Shown here piece after piece: positions 14,995 to 25,026 of a DNA stretch of 55,629 nucleotides (positions are counted from its first letter, which is position 1; every line of letters begins with the position of its first letter). Source of the DNA: a virus (taxonomy: Duplodnaviria; Caudoviricetes); the IMG/VR virus record IMGVR_UViG_3300037247_000947, positions 1 through 55,629 of that record, one strand, 5' to 3'. The notes beneath the pieces were generated by a model. That model saw only the letters and a list, made by a program, of their open reading frames with translations. It had not been told where the DNA came from and did no database searches. The position numbers and the translations under genes were made by a program.

Positions 14995-17885
14995 TACTCT
15001 TGTCTCCTTGAAGAAAAATCCTCTTGATTGGCCCGAATCTTTATGTCTCTCTGGGCGTTTTTCTTGGCTCTTCTAATGATATTCTTGATTAACGGCTGAT
15101 TAGTCTTGCCAGACGGAGACATCCTATTGATATTCTCAGCAACAAGGTTCTGATACTCCTGGTATCTATCCTTGTTAAGTCTCCAGTCACCAAGCATACG
15201 AGAAACTCCTCCGATACGGACTTTGAACGTCTCCAAATGCTGTCGCATCTGTGGATTTATCATCTTCAGGACTCTCTTCTCAGACTCAACCTGTTCACGT
15301 TCCATCTGTCCGAGACCAATTTTTTCTCTTTCAAACTTAATACTCTCCTTTGTCTTTTTCCAATCAGGATTTATATTGGACATTAGTTTTTGCGCCAGGG
15401 GTCCTGTCTCATCCCAAGCCTTGCCATACCTTCTTCTGGAGGCCTCATCCTGCTGGAGAGCAAGTTTTTGTCCCTTTGATATAGGCCATGTACCAGTTCC
15501 TATTCCAAGGATGGCTGCTGGTGTTGTAATAAGTGCTTCTCCTGCCCCTTGGTACACGGCAGCATCGAGAATATCCTGACCTGCCAGGGGAACAAGTCGC
15601 TTGAACAGAATTCCCTCTGATATTTTACCAGCTTGTTGCTCGAATACTGTCTCTGCTTGCCCTGGAACCTCACCGAAGAGACGAGCTACCTCCATCTTGT
15701 CACCAACGAAAGTAGTCCCAGTCCACATATCAACAACAAAACTTGGTGCCGGAGCAAGTTTTGACCTAAGAAATCTCTTTCCAACTTCAGTTGGAGTTGT
15801 CTCAAACATCCTCCCTGTTATGGCTTGTTTCTGCTCTCCCGTAAGAGCTTGAACAGTGTATCGAGCAAGGGGTTGGTAGCCAGCAAAAGCTTCAAAACGA
15901 CTATTGCCAATACGGACTTTTCCGAAATCAGATGAGCGAGGGTCTATTTCAACATCAACTCTTGGATCATCTCCCCAGTAGAATTTGACGGCTGCAAGGA
16001 TAGCTGTATTTGTACCAACAAAGGTGGTTATGTCGGCGGCGGCCATCTTTGAAACGGGATGGGCTGGAATCATTCCTCCAGAGACACCCCAAGGAACTGC
16101 TTTTGCTGCCTGATTTAAGAGTTGGACGCGAGAGGCCAGCCACTTTGGAGAGAAGAATAGAGCATTCATCGCCGCTCCATTTTGCTCAAGAACCTTGAAT
16201 GGGAGCTTACCCCGACCCGTGAGAGCATTGACATAGTTGGCAAGTAGTTTGTAATCTGCTGTCTTTTTTCCAGTTCCTTTCCATAGCTCCATAGTTTTAC
16301 TGAAGAGGTCAAACCGCATCTTATTGCCAAAGGTTACAAAGGCTCTCTCAGAGGCTTTAACGCCAGGAAGGATATGGGCAAAGCGACTCATAAACTCTTC
16401 CGGCCTTGCAGAAATGGCCTCGGCAAATCCAGAAATACTTGGCTGATACAACTTATACTTTACCGCTTCCGGCCAGTATTTACTTGTTCTAATTGTATTC
16501 TCAATCGTCAGTGCTCCTTCCTCACTGCCAAATGCTTTTATTTGAGATACGAATGCGTCTGACCAGAGTTTAGGATGGCGCAAACCTGCAATGTAGTTTT
16601 GTCTAAGACTTGCACTTAGGTCGTAAGAAGTAAGAAGAGTTCGAGGCATGTTTAGAATATCTAACATTGCCGCCTCAATTTTCTGTGGAGTTGTTCTAAG
16701 ATGAAGGAGTGACTTTATGATGCCGGAACCAAATTCTCGCTCCAACAACTCTAACTGATTAGGTTGTGGTTTGTACCCTGCCAATAAAGATTCCAGTCCC
16801 TTTTTGGCCTGTATCTTGTCAAAGACTAAAAGCTTTTTACTGAGTCGTAGCTGCTCGGCCAATGCGCCTTTCTCGGCAGGGGACATAGCCATTCCTGGAG
16901 GAGTAAAGTCAGGTGCAGTAATTCTACCTTTAAGTGCACCAGCAGCTCTTCGCCAAGCCTTCTCTCCCGTGTATTGCTCAAGTGCTTGACCAGCCTTACC
17001 AGCTCTTTGTTGGAGAGTAATATGTTTGATTCTCTCAAATTGAGGTTGGATACGTTTAGCTGCCCGAACTAAACGAGAGAGTTTCTGTATTGGTATTTCA
17101 GTTTCAAGAGTAGCTTCTGGAAGCGGTTCACCGGCTCTTTGAAGTCTCCCGCTGACAGTCTTCCATGCTTGTTTGAATTTTGTACGAGCAAGTCGCCCGC
17201 CACCAGGTTCAATCTCTCCGGCTTCTGCCAATTTCACCTTCTTAACTGCTTCGACTCTGGCAACTTTCTCAGCATATCCAGGGCGACCCATTCTGTATTG
17301 CCTAAGTGCTCTTGGACCAAATAACAAAATAGTATCGGCAGAGGTAGTCATAACTGGCTCATACCAAGCTGGCGGCTTCTCTCCTACCAATGGTTCATAC
17401 CAATCCTCTGCCAACATCTTGCCAAAAGTAGGGGCTTCTTTTATATCTCCAGGTTTGCGAAGGGCTGTCTTTAGACCTTTGAATACTGACTCTGGATACT
17501 TCCGAAGCTCTCCCGTTTCGATAGTTTCCAGTCTTCCTTTTCCTACAGCAGCAAACAAGGGTCTGACAAGTCCGGTGGCAGCAATATTGAGTCTTTCGAT
17601 AGCACTGCCAATACCTGAATATGTAACTCGTGGCAGGAAAGTTATCGTACGATACAATTTCTCGGCACGTCCTGGCCTTGTCCATCTTCCACCATTATAA
17701 CCTTCCTCAGTAGGAAAGAAAGCATGTTCCTTCCAAGCACCTATTTGAGATTCCCACCAGGATGGTTCTGGAGCAGCTTCAATTTCTCCGAATGGGTTTT
17801 CCACACGGAAAGCAGGTTCAGGGACAGGTTTCAGGTCAAGAGATGGTTTTAGATCGAGAACGGGTTGTAAGTCTAATTTTGCCAT
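14994..17885 (-). CDS. Large internal virion/ejection protein
   Basis: 963 aa, basic/helical, last of the ejection cluster; IDPRSSDFGK motif as in large phage internal proteins. Confidence 0.6.
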   Translation of the reverse strand: MAKLDLQPVLDLKPSLDLKPVPEPAFRVENPFGEIEAAPEPSWWESQIGAWKEHAFFPTEEGYNGGRWTRPGRAEKLYRTITFLPRVTYSGIGSAIERLNIAATGLVRPLFAAVGKGRLETIETGELRKYPESVFKGLKTALRKPGDIKEAPTFGKMLAEDWYEPLVGEKPPAWYEPVMTTSADTILLFGPRALRQYRMGRPGYAEKVARVEAVKKVKLAEAGEIEPGGGRLARTKFKQAWKTVSGRLQRAGEPLPEATLETEIPIQKLSRLVRAAKRIQPQFERIKHITLQQRAGKAGQALEQYTGEKAWRRAAGALKGRITAPDFTPPGMAMSPAEKGALAEQLRLSKKLLVFDKIQAKKGLESLLAGYKPQPNQLELLEREFGSGIIKSLLHLRTTPQKIEAAMLDILNMPRTLLTSYDLSASLRQNYIAGLRHPKLWSDAFVSQIKAFGSEEGALTIENTIRTSKYWPEAVKYKLYQPSISGFAEAISARPEEFMSRFAHILPGVKASERAFVTFGNKMRFDLFSKTMELWKGTGKKTADYKLLANYVNALTGRGKLPFKVLEQNGAAMNALFFSPKWLASRVQLLNQAAKAVPWGVSGGMIPAHPVSKMAAADITTFVGTNTAILAAVKFYWGDDPRVDVEIDPRSSDFGKVRIGNSRFEAFAGYQPLARYTVQALTGEQKQAITGRMFETTPTEVGKRFLRSKLAPAPSFVVDMWTGTTFVGDKMEVARLFGEVPGQAETVFEQQAGKISEGILFKRLVPLAGQDILDAAVYQGAGEALITTPAAILGIGTGTWPISKGQKLALQQDEASRRRYGKAWDETGPLAQKLMSNINPDWKKTKESIKFEREKIGLGQMEREQVESEKRVLKMINPQMRQHLETFKVRIGGVSRMLGDWRLNKDRYQEYQNLVAENINRMSPSGKTNQPLIKNIIRRAKKNAQRDIKIRANQEDFSSRRQE

Positions 17886-17887
17886 TA

Positions 17888-18625
17888 CTATTCTACAAGG
17901 GTGTATCCTTGGGCAAGGGCAGTATCTAATTGCTCTTTCGGTATGGTGAACTTGCGACCACGTTCATCTTGGACTTCAACTCTTTCACTATCGGCAGTAG
18001 CAGGAAATGCTGTATCTGTCTGTTTTAGTTGGTCTTCTGCCGCCTTCATACCTTGATTCATAAGAGCCTGTCCAGCTTCTTGTCCTTCAAGTGTTATTGC
18101 CTCGTTCATCATTGTTTTACCAGCGGTAATCAATGCTGCTGGTGTCATTGCTGGTGGAGCAAGGCGATTATATCTATCTGCGGCGAGCTGGGCTGTATTT
18201 TCAGAATATCCCTGTTCAGTGTAATACTCCCTTGTTCCTGTTCGAGGTCTTGTACGAAAAGCGGTGAGCGATTTAGCAGAAGCTTGTTGCCTTGCCTCTG
18301 TTATTCCAAATCGTCTCTTAGATTCTACCGCTTGCTCTCCACGAAAGGCAAGGTTTTCTGCCTGTGTTGTCTCTCTATAAGTTTGGGCAGTGTCAAAGCG
18401 TCCTTGGGTAGCTGCAAATCCTTTTCGTGTGAGTTCCTGACCAGCTTCAAATCGAGTTTGGATACCAACTTGGCCTACATTGAACCTTCTTGTGCCCTCT
18501 GTTAGTTGCCTCTCGTATCTATCTTCCTGTCTGCGCTGAAATTCAAGCTGGAGCTGTAGCCCCTTAAGCTGAAGATAACGATTTATAAGATTCTGCTGAA
18601 ATGCTAAACCTGGGTCTTGCGCCAT
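17888..18625 (-). CDS. Putative ejection protein
   Basis: Q/R/E-rich helical protein; position. Confidence 0.5.
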   Translation of the reverse strand: MAQDPGLAFQQNLINRYLQLKGLQLQLEFQRRQEDRYERQLTEGTRRFNVGQVGIQTRFEAGQELTRKGFAATQGRFDTAQTYRETTQAENLAFRGEQAVESKRRFGITEARQQASAKSLTAFRTRPRTGTREYYTEQGYSENTAQLAADRYNRLAPPAMTPAALITAGKTMMNEAITLEGQEAGQALMNQGMKAAEDQLKQTDTAFPATADSERVEVQDERGRKFTIPKEQLDTALAQGYTLVE

Positions 18626-18636
18626 TATACTATTCC

Positions 18637-19329
18637 CTAACCATATACCTTGTTCATTGCAAGTAACTGCGCGATATTTCCAAGAGTTTGTCCCTGTGTC
18701 GCTCCCCTTGCCTGTGCCAATTCCTGATTTATCAAGTCTGATTGAGCTTGCAGCACCGGAGTCTGGAGTTGCGAGTTGATAAAGTTCTGCAACTGACTCA
18801 TGCGATTCAGTGTAAATCGACGGCGGGCTTCTCCAGCTTGTCGCGGTCCTTCCTGTGCTCCTCGTATTGCCGATGCACCTTCTGCAACCATAGCCTTGGC
18901 AACCCCTCCTGAAACAACATTATCATTAGTTGTAACTCCCTGAAACATCCGGCTCGATGCCCTGCTTCTAAGTTGCTCAATCTTCCTGGCCTGTCCGATA
19001 AATCTGGAGGCAAGGTTCTCAGGAAAGAGTTTGTTCTTCTTCAATGACTCATAAAGACTTGTCTCAAGGGCCTTTCCTTTTGCAGTGAGTTCTACCTTTG
19101 CCGATGGTGCCCCTCCTGTTGATACTCCACCTCCCAAAGCCTGTCCTGCCGCAGCACCGATACCGAGTGTAAGTCCAGGGTTTGCTCCCATCCAGCCACC
19201 AATACTGGCAAGAAGACCACCACCAGCGGCAGCGGCAGTCATTGAAGACAGGGCTGCGGTAGAGCCAATAGTTGCGCTACCAGTAAGACCGGCACCTAAT
19301 GCTCCGGCTAATACGAGTGGAAGAGCCAT
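18637..19329 (-). CDS. Putative ejection (pilot) protein
   Basis: Gly/Ala-rich hydrophobic N-terminus. Confidence 0.55.
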   Translation of the reverse strand: MALPLVLAGALGAGLTGSATIGSTAALSSMTAAAAGGGLLASIGGWMGANPGLTLGIGAAAGQALGGGVSTGGAPSAKVELTAKGKALETSLYESLKKNKLFPENLASRFIGQARKIEQLRSRASSRMFQGVTTNDNVVSGGVAKAMVAEGASAIRGAQEGPRQAGEARRRFTLNRMSQLQNFINSQLQTPVLQAQSDLINQELAQARGATQGQTLGNIAQLLAMNKVYG

Positions 19330-19341
19330 TATATTCTCCTG

Positions 19342-19977
19342 TTATCCAAACTTGGTAAATTCCCGACCATAGCCAATTGGCCCTGCAATCAGCATACCGG
19401 CAGCACCTCCCAATCCTCCGGCAAGACCAGAAGCAAAGGAAGGGGCATAAGCCTGTCTTAAGGCCGACTGATTATAAAGACTTGTAATTGCAGTCCCCAT
19501 TCTTCTCTCTCCTCCGACAGCGCCAAAGGCCATCGTTTGCGCCCTCTGGACGTCCTCGAATGGCTGCATCTCAAACTCCTCCCTCACTCCCTGTTTCTGT
19601 CTTGCAAACTCAGCATTCAAGGAGTTACTGATAAACTCTCTCACCTTCAAATCAGCCTTGGGGATTGTCCTCTCCATCATACTCGTCATTCCTCGATGTG
19701 CTTCCTCAAACCCTCCCTGTGTTGCTGATAGCAACTCCCTCATACTCTGGCCGGTAATTCCAGGAGTCAGACCTTGACCTTCCAGTCCTGACTGAATCAT
19801 GGGATAAAGTTCGGATTGAAATTCCTTCCCCCTTGGGTCAAGTTCCGGAACCGGAGGGGGAGCAGGGGTACCGCCACCACCACCTCCGAAGAGACCAAAG
19901 AGAAAGTTTACAGTCCCAAGAGAGTTACCATGCCAAAGTGATGGTAGCTTTAGTTGTATGATAAAGTCATCTTCCAT
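19342..19977 (-). CDS. Putative ejection protein
   Basis: FGGGGGG..PPP N-region; Gly/Ala-rich C-terminus. Confidence 0.55.
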   Translation of the reverse strand: MEDDFIIQLKLPSLWHGNSLGTVNFLFGLFGGGGGGTPAPPPVPELDPRGKEFQSELYPMIQSGLEGQGLTPGITGQSMRELLSATQGGFEEAHRGMTSMMERTIPKADLKVREFISNSLNAEFARQKQGVREEFEMQPFEDVQRAQTMAFGAVGGERRMGTAITSLYNQSALRQAYAPSFASGLAGGLGGAAGMLIAGPIGYGREFTKFG

Positions 19978-20180
19978 TATTCAAATACCTTTAGAATACT
20001 CGTCAACCGCGTCTGGCTTGTGTCTATCTCATCTATTTGTTCTTGCAACTCTGCCAGTCTATCAGGAATGTGGTCAAGTTCCGTTTGGAGTTCAGCTTTG
20101 TCCCGTTCAACGACAGTCGGGGGAACAGTCGTGGTTATCTCTACCGTTTTGTCGTCTATCTTTTTGTAAGTCTCAGCCAT
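19977..20180 (-). CDS. Small coiled-coil protein (tail chaperone-like)
   Basis: Coupled to tail gene; heptad pattern. Confidence 0.45.
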   Translation of the reverse strand: MAETYKKIDDKTVEITTTVPPTVVERDKAELQTELDHIPDRLAELQEQIDEIDTSQTRLTSILKVFE

Positions 20181-20189
20181 TGTATCCTC

Positions 20190-21674
20190 TCAAAATAACT
20201 CAAGCCAGTTCATTGATATAACACTGTCAACATTTCCACTTGATGATTCAAGACTAACAGTAAGCGTTTCGCCCGGATTGAGTTTTTCCATTACCTTAGT
20301 GAAATCAATTATAGGGGCCGCTCCCTCAGTTATGATTTGTGTAAATACAAGAGTCCCGCCCGAAACCGCAGTGGCAGAGTTATCTGTACGGACAACAGAC
20401 GTATTAGCATCAACTGCGGAAAATGAAGCTGCTGTAAGTGTAGCATTAAGCCTTACTCTGATTGTCGATGGCTTGTTTGCACTAGCAGAATCTATTGAGG
20501 CGGTAAAGATAGTAGGCTCTACTCTTACGCGATTTATCTTGCTTTGATATACGGTATGGTTGTGGATTGAAAATAAAGGTGTTTCATCCGTTCCAGTGGC
20601 GGAGTCTTCGGCAGTGATATTATTTACTATCCCCTCTTCTAAGTCCTTCCCCTCAATTGCTCCCATCATGGAAGCTGACTCCAAGACTATATTAGTAGTA
20701 TTGCTTGTATTTGCTACCGCCATGCACACTGGCAGAGTAGGATTGTCCAATGATGGTATAGTGTTGGCATTGGCATATTCTATCCTATGGACTAAGACAA
20801 ACCTTCCTGTTGAGGGATTCTCAATATAAAACTCAATAGCTCCAAATCCGAGCCATTGATAGCGGATTTCAAAAACATTTCCATTTGTAAATGTCAGACT
20901 TGGTAAAGTCTCTGCGCCCGCCGCTTTATCTGCACTCCAAGCAGTCTGTGCTTTGATTGTTTCTGTCGGGGCCACTCCTACAACGCTTCGTGCAAATGTT
21001 CCTGCTGCTGATGTAGCGGTAGTTATTTCGTAAGTTCCTGTCTGTGACGCGGCGTTATAAGACTCAAAGACAATGTTTGGCCCCATTGAATGAGCCTTCC
21101 AGCCCTGACCAACATCAGAATAATCATGGTTGGCTATCTCATTAGCGGTTAAAGTTCTTGTACTGGTATTATCCGCAACTTGGGCTGTTACAACCACTGC
21201 GGCACCAGTTGAGTCTCCATCAAGAGTTATTTCGATACTTTCTGCATCCTGCGAAGCTGCTGATATTGTAAGTGTTCTAATCTCAGGCGAGCCACCTTGT
21301 CGTCTTAATATTCCGAAGGCAGTCCCATTGTAGCCAAAGAAGTATCCCTCTGACGAAGTCCCTATGCCGATATACTGAGTGGAATTTGCCGCTCCCGCTG
21401 TAAATACACCCGTTCCTCTCCATAGTCCTCCTTGGCCCGCATTGTACTTGACGGCTATTCTCGAAAGCAAGGAAGATGACCGATTAGTTCCAGAACCAGT
21501 TGAAACCTTGAACTTGTTATTATTTATAGACGAGGTTCCCTTGTTGTCTCGCGCCTCCATTATCCTGGTATTGATATTATAAGCAGAATGAACTTGGACT
21601 ATCGGAGTGAGTTCCGCGTTTAACATCTCTCCAAAGGCCGTCTTTTGGTTCTCAACAAAAGGATTATAACTCAT
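20190..21674 (-). CDS. Tail/virion beta-rich structural protein
   Basis: S/T/N-rich; YQWLGFG motif; TAATG coupling with the fibre gene. Confidence 0.65.
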   Translation of the reverse strand: MSYNPFVENQKTAFGEMLNAELTPIVQVHSAYNINTRIMEARDNKGTSSINNNKFKVSTGSGTNRSSSLLSRIAVKYNAGQGGLWRGTGVFTAGAANSTQYIGIGTSSEGYFFGYNGTAFGILRRQGGSPEIRTLTISAASQDAESIEITLDGDSTGAAVVVTAQVADNTSTRTLTANEIANHDYSDVGQGWKAHSMGPNIVFESYNAASQTGTYEITTATSAAGTFARSVVGVAPTETIKAQTAWSADKAAGAETLPSLTFTNGNVFEIRYQWLGFGAIEFYIENPSTGRFVLVHRIEYANANTIPSLDNPTLPVCMAVANTSNTTNIVLESASMMGAIEGKDLEEGIVNNITAEDSATGTDETPLFSIHNHTVYQSKINRVRVEPTIFTASIDSASANKPSTIRVRLNATLTAASFSAVDANTSVVRTDNSATAVSGGTLVFTQIITEGAAPIIDFTKVMEKLNPGETLTVSLESSSGNVDSVISMNWLELF

Positions 21675-24427
21675 TACTGTATCTCCCAATTACTTGTAGT
21701 GGAATTACCCACCAAAGTTACAGATGCCCCATTCGTATTGATAGTCAAACTCGCGGCATTTTCTACAGTATCACTGCCATCTGGAGAAACTGTTATATTT
21801 TTCCCCCCTGAATTTTCATCCTGGTCTTTGATATGATAAATTGTACCATCAATGATAGCAGGTAAATTCAATGTGATTGCTGTAGATGCTGTGGTAACGC
21901 TAATGTGCTCATCGGATGCTAACACAGTATATGGAGAACTCGTAACAGAAGTTCTATTTATAATTCTGCCAGCTGATGTTTTCACGGTATCAGCAAAGTC
22001 AAAGTAATTCTCATCCTCCATCCACGTTAGAACACCTGAATTAGTAGTACCAATATAGTTAGTGACTAAGTCAGTATTAGCATCGGGGGTCAAAGTAAAG
22101 ATGCCGGTAGAATCTATTTTTAATCTCTCAGTCAGAACACCTGTTGGGCCAGCAGTTGATGTGCTAATAACGATCTCACCAGCATCATCGTCAGCACCTC
22201 CATCATGTCGCACTTCAACCTGTGCAAGTTCATTTTCCTCTCCACCAGAGCGCTCACCCTTGAAAATGAGTTTTGATTCCCTGCCTCCGTCTGAGTCTTC
22301 GTGGGTAGAGTTGTGAAGTGTAATGTAAGGAGCAGTTCCGGTCCATTCGGTGAGGGTTTCGGGGGCGGTTTCACCACCAAGGCCAATGTTGCCAGAATTG
22401 TCCATTACAAAATAATCATTTGTACCTAAAACAGCAGTCCCTTCTGCTGCTGCGTAAGCAATCTTAAAAAAATCATCAGTATTATCAATTCCTATTGCAT
22501 AAGCATCGCCTGGAATACTAAACTGAATATTCGCATCGCCAGCAGAGCCAGTAACACTTGTTTGCTCTATCTCTACTAAAGGCTTTGTTGTTGTCGTACT
22601 TATCTGAAGATGAAGATATGTCTGTGGATTGGCTGTGAATATACCAACTCCAGTATTCGTCCATTTGTGGAATTTCGTACTTGTAGCAAGATTAGTTTGT
22701 ATCTGGAATGCGGCATCTGTCACAAATTTCCCTGCTCCAGCATTTTCCACTTGAAGAAACATATCTCCAGGACTTGACCCTGTTCTTGATATCTTTATTC
22801 CGTGATTTGCTGAATCTTTGGATAGATGAATTGTATTACCTGGATTTGCTATTCCAAACCCTACCCTATTATTCACGGTGTCAACATTCGCAATGACATT
22901 GCCATCTTTGTCATTGACCTGAAAGAATGTCGTGGAATCAGTGATAGGTTGAAAGACAGCCGTATTCAAATCAAGAACAGCACTTCCAGTCACCGTCAGT
23001 CCTTGAGTAAGGACAACATCACCGTCAGCTTCTATCTGCATGGCATCTGTATCACTTGCAGAACCAATATAGCCTCCATCGGCAATGATGAGATTACCAG
23101 ATGATGTAATCGTTCCAACATTCAGTGTCCCTGTTGTTGTAAGAAGAGCATCGCCAAAATCGATAGTAAACCCAGCCTTGTTGCTGTCAATCGTCAAGTC
23201 ACCATCACTCTCGGTAGCAAAGGAGACATAATTAGTCCCATCGTAGGAAATCTTAAACTGTGCTCCCCCTGCCTGGACATTGAAGACATTGTTTCTAATA
23301 TCGTCAATCTCCTGTGCACTCAAAATATCCTTAAAGACAGCCACCTCATCTATGTAGCCGTCAAAATAATAATCTGATGTCGGACAGCAATGCGCACCAA
23401 TAAGGAAAGGTGCGAGGGTTATACTCATAGTATTCGTGTAAGTACCGGTTGTCTCGTAGACAGTGTCAGCATCCTCATCATATACTCTAAGACGGAATGC
23501 CTTATCACTGCTTTGGTATGTAAAGCCAACGTGGTACCATTTATCTGTCGCAACAGTTATGGCTGTTAGCGTTTTTCCTTCTGTGTCAGTACCGTTTGTA
23601 TGGCCTATAGAGACGCGGAACTGATGTGTACCACCATTGTTATGAATATATATCAGAAGACTTCTTCTATCATTTCCCGCCGTCCACTTGGAAATCATTG
23701 TTTTCCACCTATCAGCAGTGGAGTTTAGAGCTGTTGGACGCACCCAGAAGACAACGGATATATTTGTCTCTGCGCCACCGGACTTAAGGGGAAAATCAGC
23801 ATCCATATTCGCTTCTGTGAGAGTCCAATAGTCCGGCCCTGGAGATGCACTCGTAAAAGAGGTGGCTTGGGAACCCTCCCTGAAATATGTAGTCTCCATA
23901 TTTCTTTCGACCAACCCTGTAACATCATTACTTCCCACAGAGTCGTCATTAAACTCTGAAACAGTCCCTTCAAAGCGCCAAAGAGCAACAGCGTTGGAAT
24001 CATTGGCAAAATCATTACCGCCGCCTCCTGCCGACATAATCTCAAGTGTCGTATCAGGGTCTCCAACTCCGACGCCAAACCAATCTTCTGTATCATTAAA
24101 GAATAACTTGTCATTATCCTGATAAATCCTTCCTCCAACTCCGGCAAACAGGACACTTCCTTCTGTCAATTCTGACAGCGTAAGACCGGTAAAAGTCGGA
24201 CTATCTCCAGTCCCAAGTCCAAGGGACGTCCTAGCAGTATTGCCACTTTCAGTAATCCAATTAGACCCATCACCGACAATGAAGTTACCATCATCGGGTG
24301 TAAGTCCGGCAATATCATCGAGTCCTGGGTCCCAAGCCTGAGTGACCGAGCCAGCAAGGGCAGCAATCAATATCCGTATCTCGCGGTCAACTTTGGCCTT
24401 GCGTTTTATTTCTTCAGGAGTCTTCAA
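21674..24427 (-). CDS. Tail fibre/receptor-binding protein with LamG (ConA-like) domain
   Basis: VALWRFE, WYHVGFTY, FDGYIDEVAVFKDILSAQEI; repeated GIGxxxP fibre motifs. Confidence 0.8.
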   Translation of the reverse strand: MKTPEEIKRKAKVDREIRILIAALAGSVTQAWDPGLDDIAGLTPDDGNFIVGDGSNWITESGNTARTSLGLGTGDSPTFTGLTLSELTEGSVLFAGVGGRIYQDNDKLFFNDTEDWFGVGVGDPDTTLEIMSAGGGGNDFANDSNAVALWRFEGTVSEFNDDSVGSNDVTGLVERNMETTYFREGSQATSFTSASPGPDYWTLTEANMDADFPLKSGGAETNISVVFWVRPTALNSTADRWKTMISKWTAGNDRRSLLIYIHNNGGTHQFRVSIGHTNGTDTEGKTLTAITVATDKWYHVGFTYQSSDKAFRLRVYDEDADTVYETTGTYTNTMSITLAPFLIGAHCCPTSDYYFDGYIDEVAVFKDILSAQEIDDIRNNVFNVQAGGAQFKISYDGTNYVSFATESDGDLTIDSNKAGFTIDFGDALLTTTGTLNVGTITSSGNLIIADGGYIGSASDTDAMQIEADGDVVLTQGLTVTGSAVLDLNTAVFQPITDSTTFFQVNDKDGNVIANVDTVNNRVGFGIANPGNTIHLSKDSANHGIKISRTGSSPGDMFLQVENAGAGKFVTDAAFQIQTNLATSTKFHKWTNTGVGIFTANPQTYLHLQISTTTTKPLVEIEQTSVTGSAGDANIQFSIPGDAYAIGIDNTDDFFKIAYAAAEGTAVLGTNDYFVMDNSGNIGLGGETAPETLTEWTGTAPYITLHNSTHEDSDGGRESKLIFKGERSGGEENELAQVEVRHDGGADDDAGEIVISTSTAGPTGVLTERLKIDSTGIFTLTPDANTDLVTNYIGTTNSGVLTWMEDENYFDFADTVKTSAGRIINRTSVTSSPYTVLASDEHISVTTASTAITLNLPAIIDGTIYHIKDQDENSGGKNITVSPDGSDTVENAASLTINTNGASVTLVGNSTTSNWEIQ

Positions 24428-24442
24428 CTTCTCAGTATCCTA

Positions 24443-25012
24443 TCAGTATCCTATTGCAAACCAATTGGTAGTATCGGCGCCAAAAGCGTCATCTGGATTT
24501 GTAACCTTCATAGTGGTTGTAGTAAGAGTATGTGCTTTGAGCGCATGTTGTGTAAAGGAGTTGGTCGTAGCTAGAGTTAGCCACGCACTAGTACAAGCAC
24601 TTGGAAAGGCGGTTCCAAAGGTAACTGTTGCAGTGGTATTTACACCGACACTGACCGTTCCTTGCTTCATTATCATACCGTTGGGAAATGTTATGCTTTC
24701 CTCTCCGGCATATGATGTCGGTGTGTAGTTTGCAGAACCAACATTGTTATCAACGTAAGCCTTTGTCGATTGCTGACTTGGTACAGCCGTCGACGAATCT
24801 GACGACATATCATCCTCGTCCTTGAAGAATGCCGACGACATCTGGCTGGAAGTCAAACCACTGATGCGGGATAGTGACACCGAACCTGAAGAAAGGTTAC
24901 TCGCATCAAAGGCGTTAAGTGCCGTCAGGACATCGGTAAAGTTCTGATTTACCTCGGAAGCAATGGCAGTAGTATCGGCTGAGAAAGAATTTGTAACCGT
25001 GTAAGTTGCGAT
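24443..25012 (-). CDS. Short tail-fibre protein (gp53-like C-domain), probable ATC start
   Basis: SD AAGGAGG 6 nt before ATC GCA ACT TAC; NSFSADTTAIASEVNQNF N-motif; ITFPNGMIMKQG and WFAIGY C-motifs. Confidence 0.7.
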   Translation of the reverse strand: MATYTVTNSFSADTTAIASEVNQNFTDVLTALNAFDASNLSSGSVSLSRISGLTSSQMSSAFFKDEDDMSSDSSTAVPSQQSTKAYVDNNVGSANYTPTSYAGEESITFPNGMIMKQGTVSVGVNTTATVTFGTAFPSACTSAWLTLATTNSFTQHALKAHTLTTTTMKVTNPDDAFGADTTNWFAIGY

Positions 25013-25026
25013 GATAGACCTCCTTA

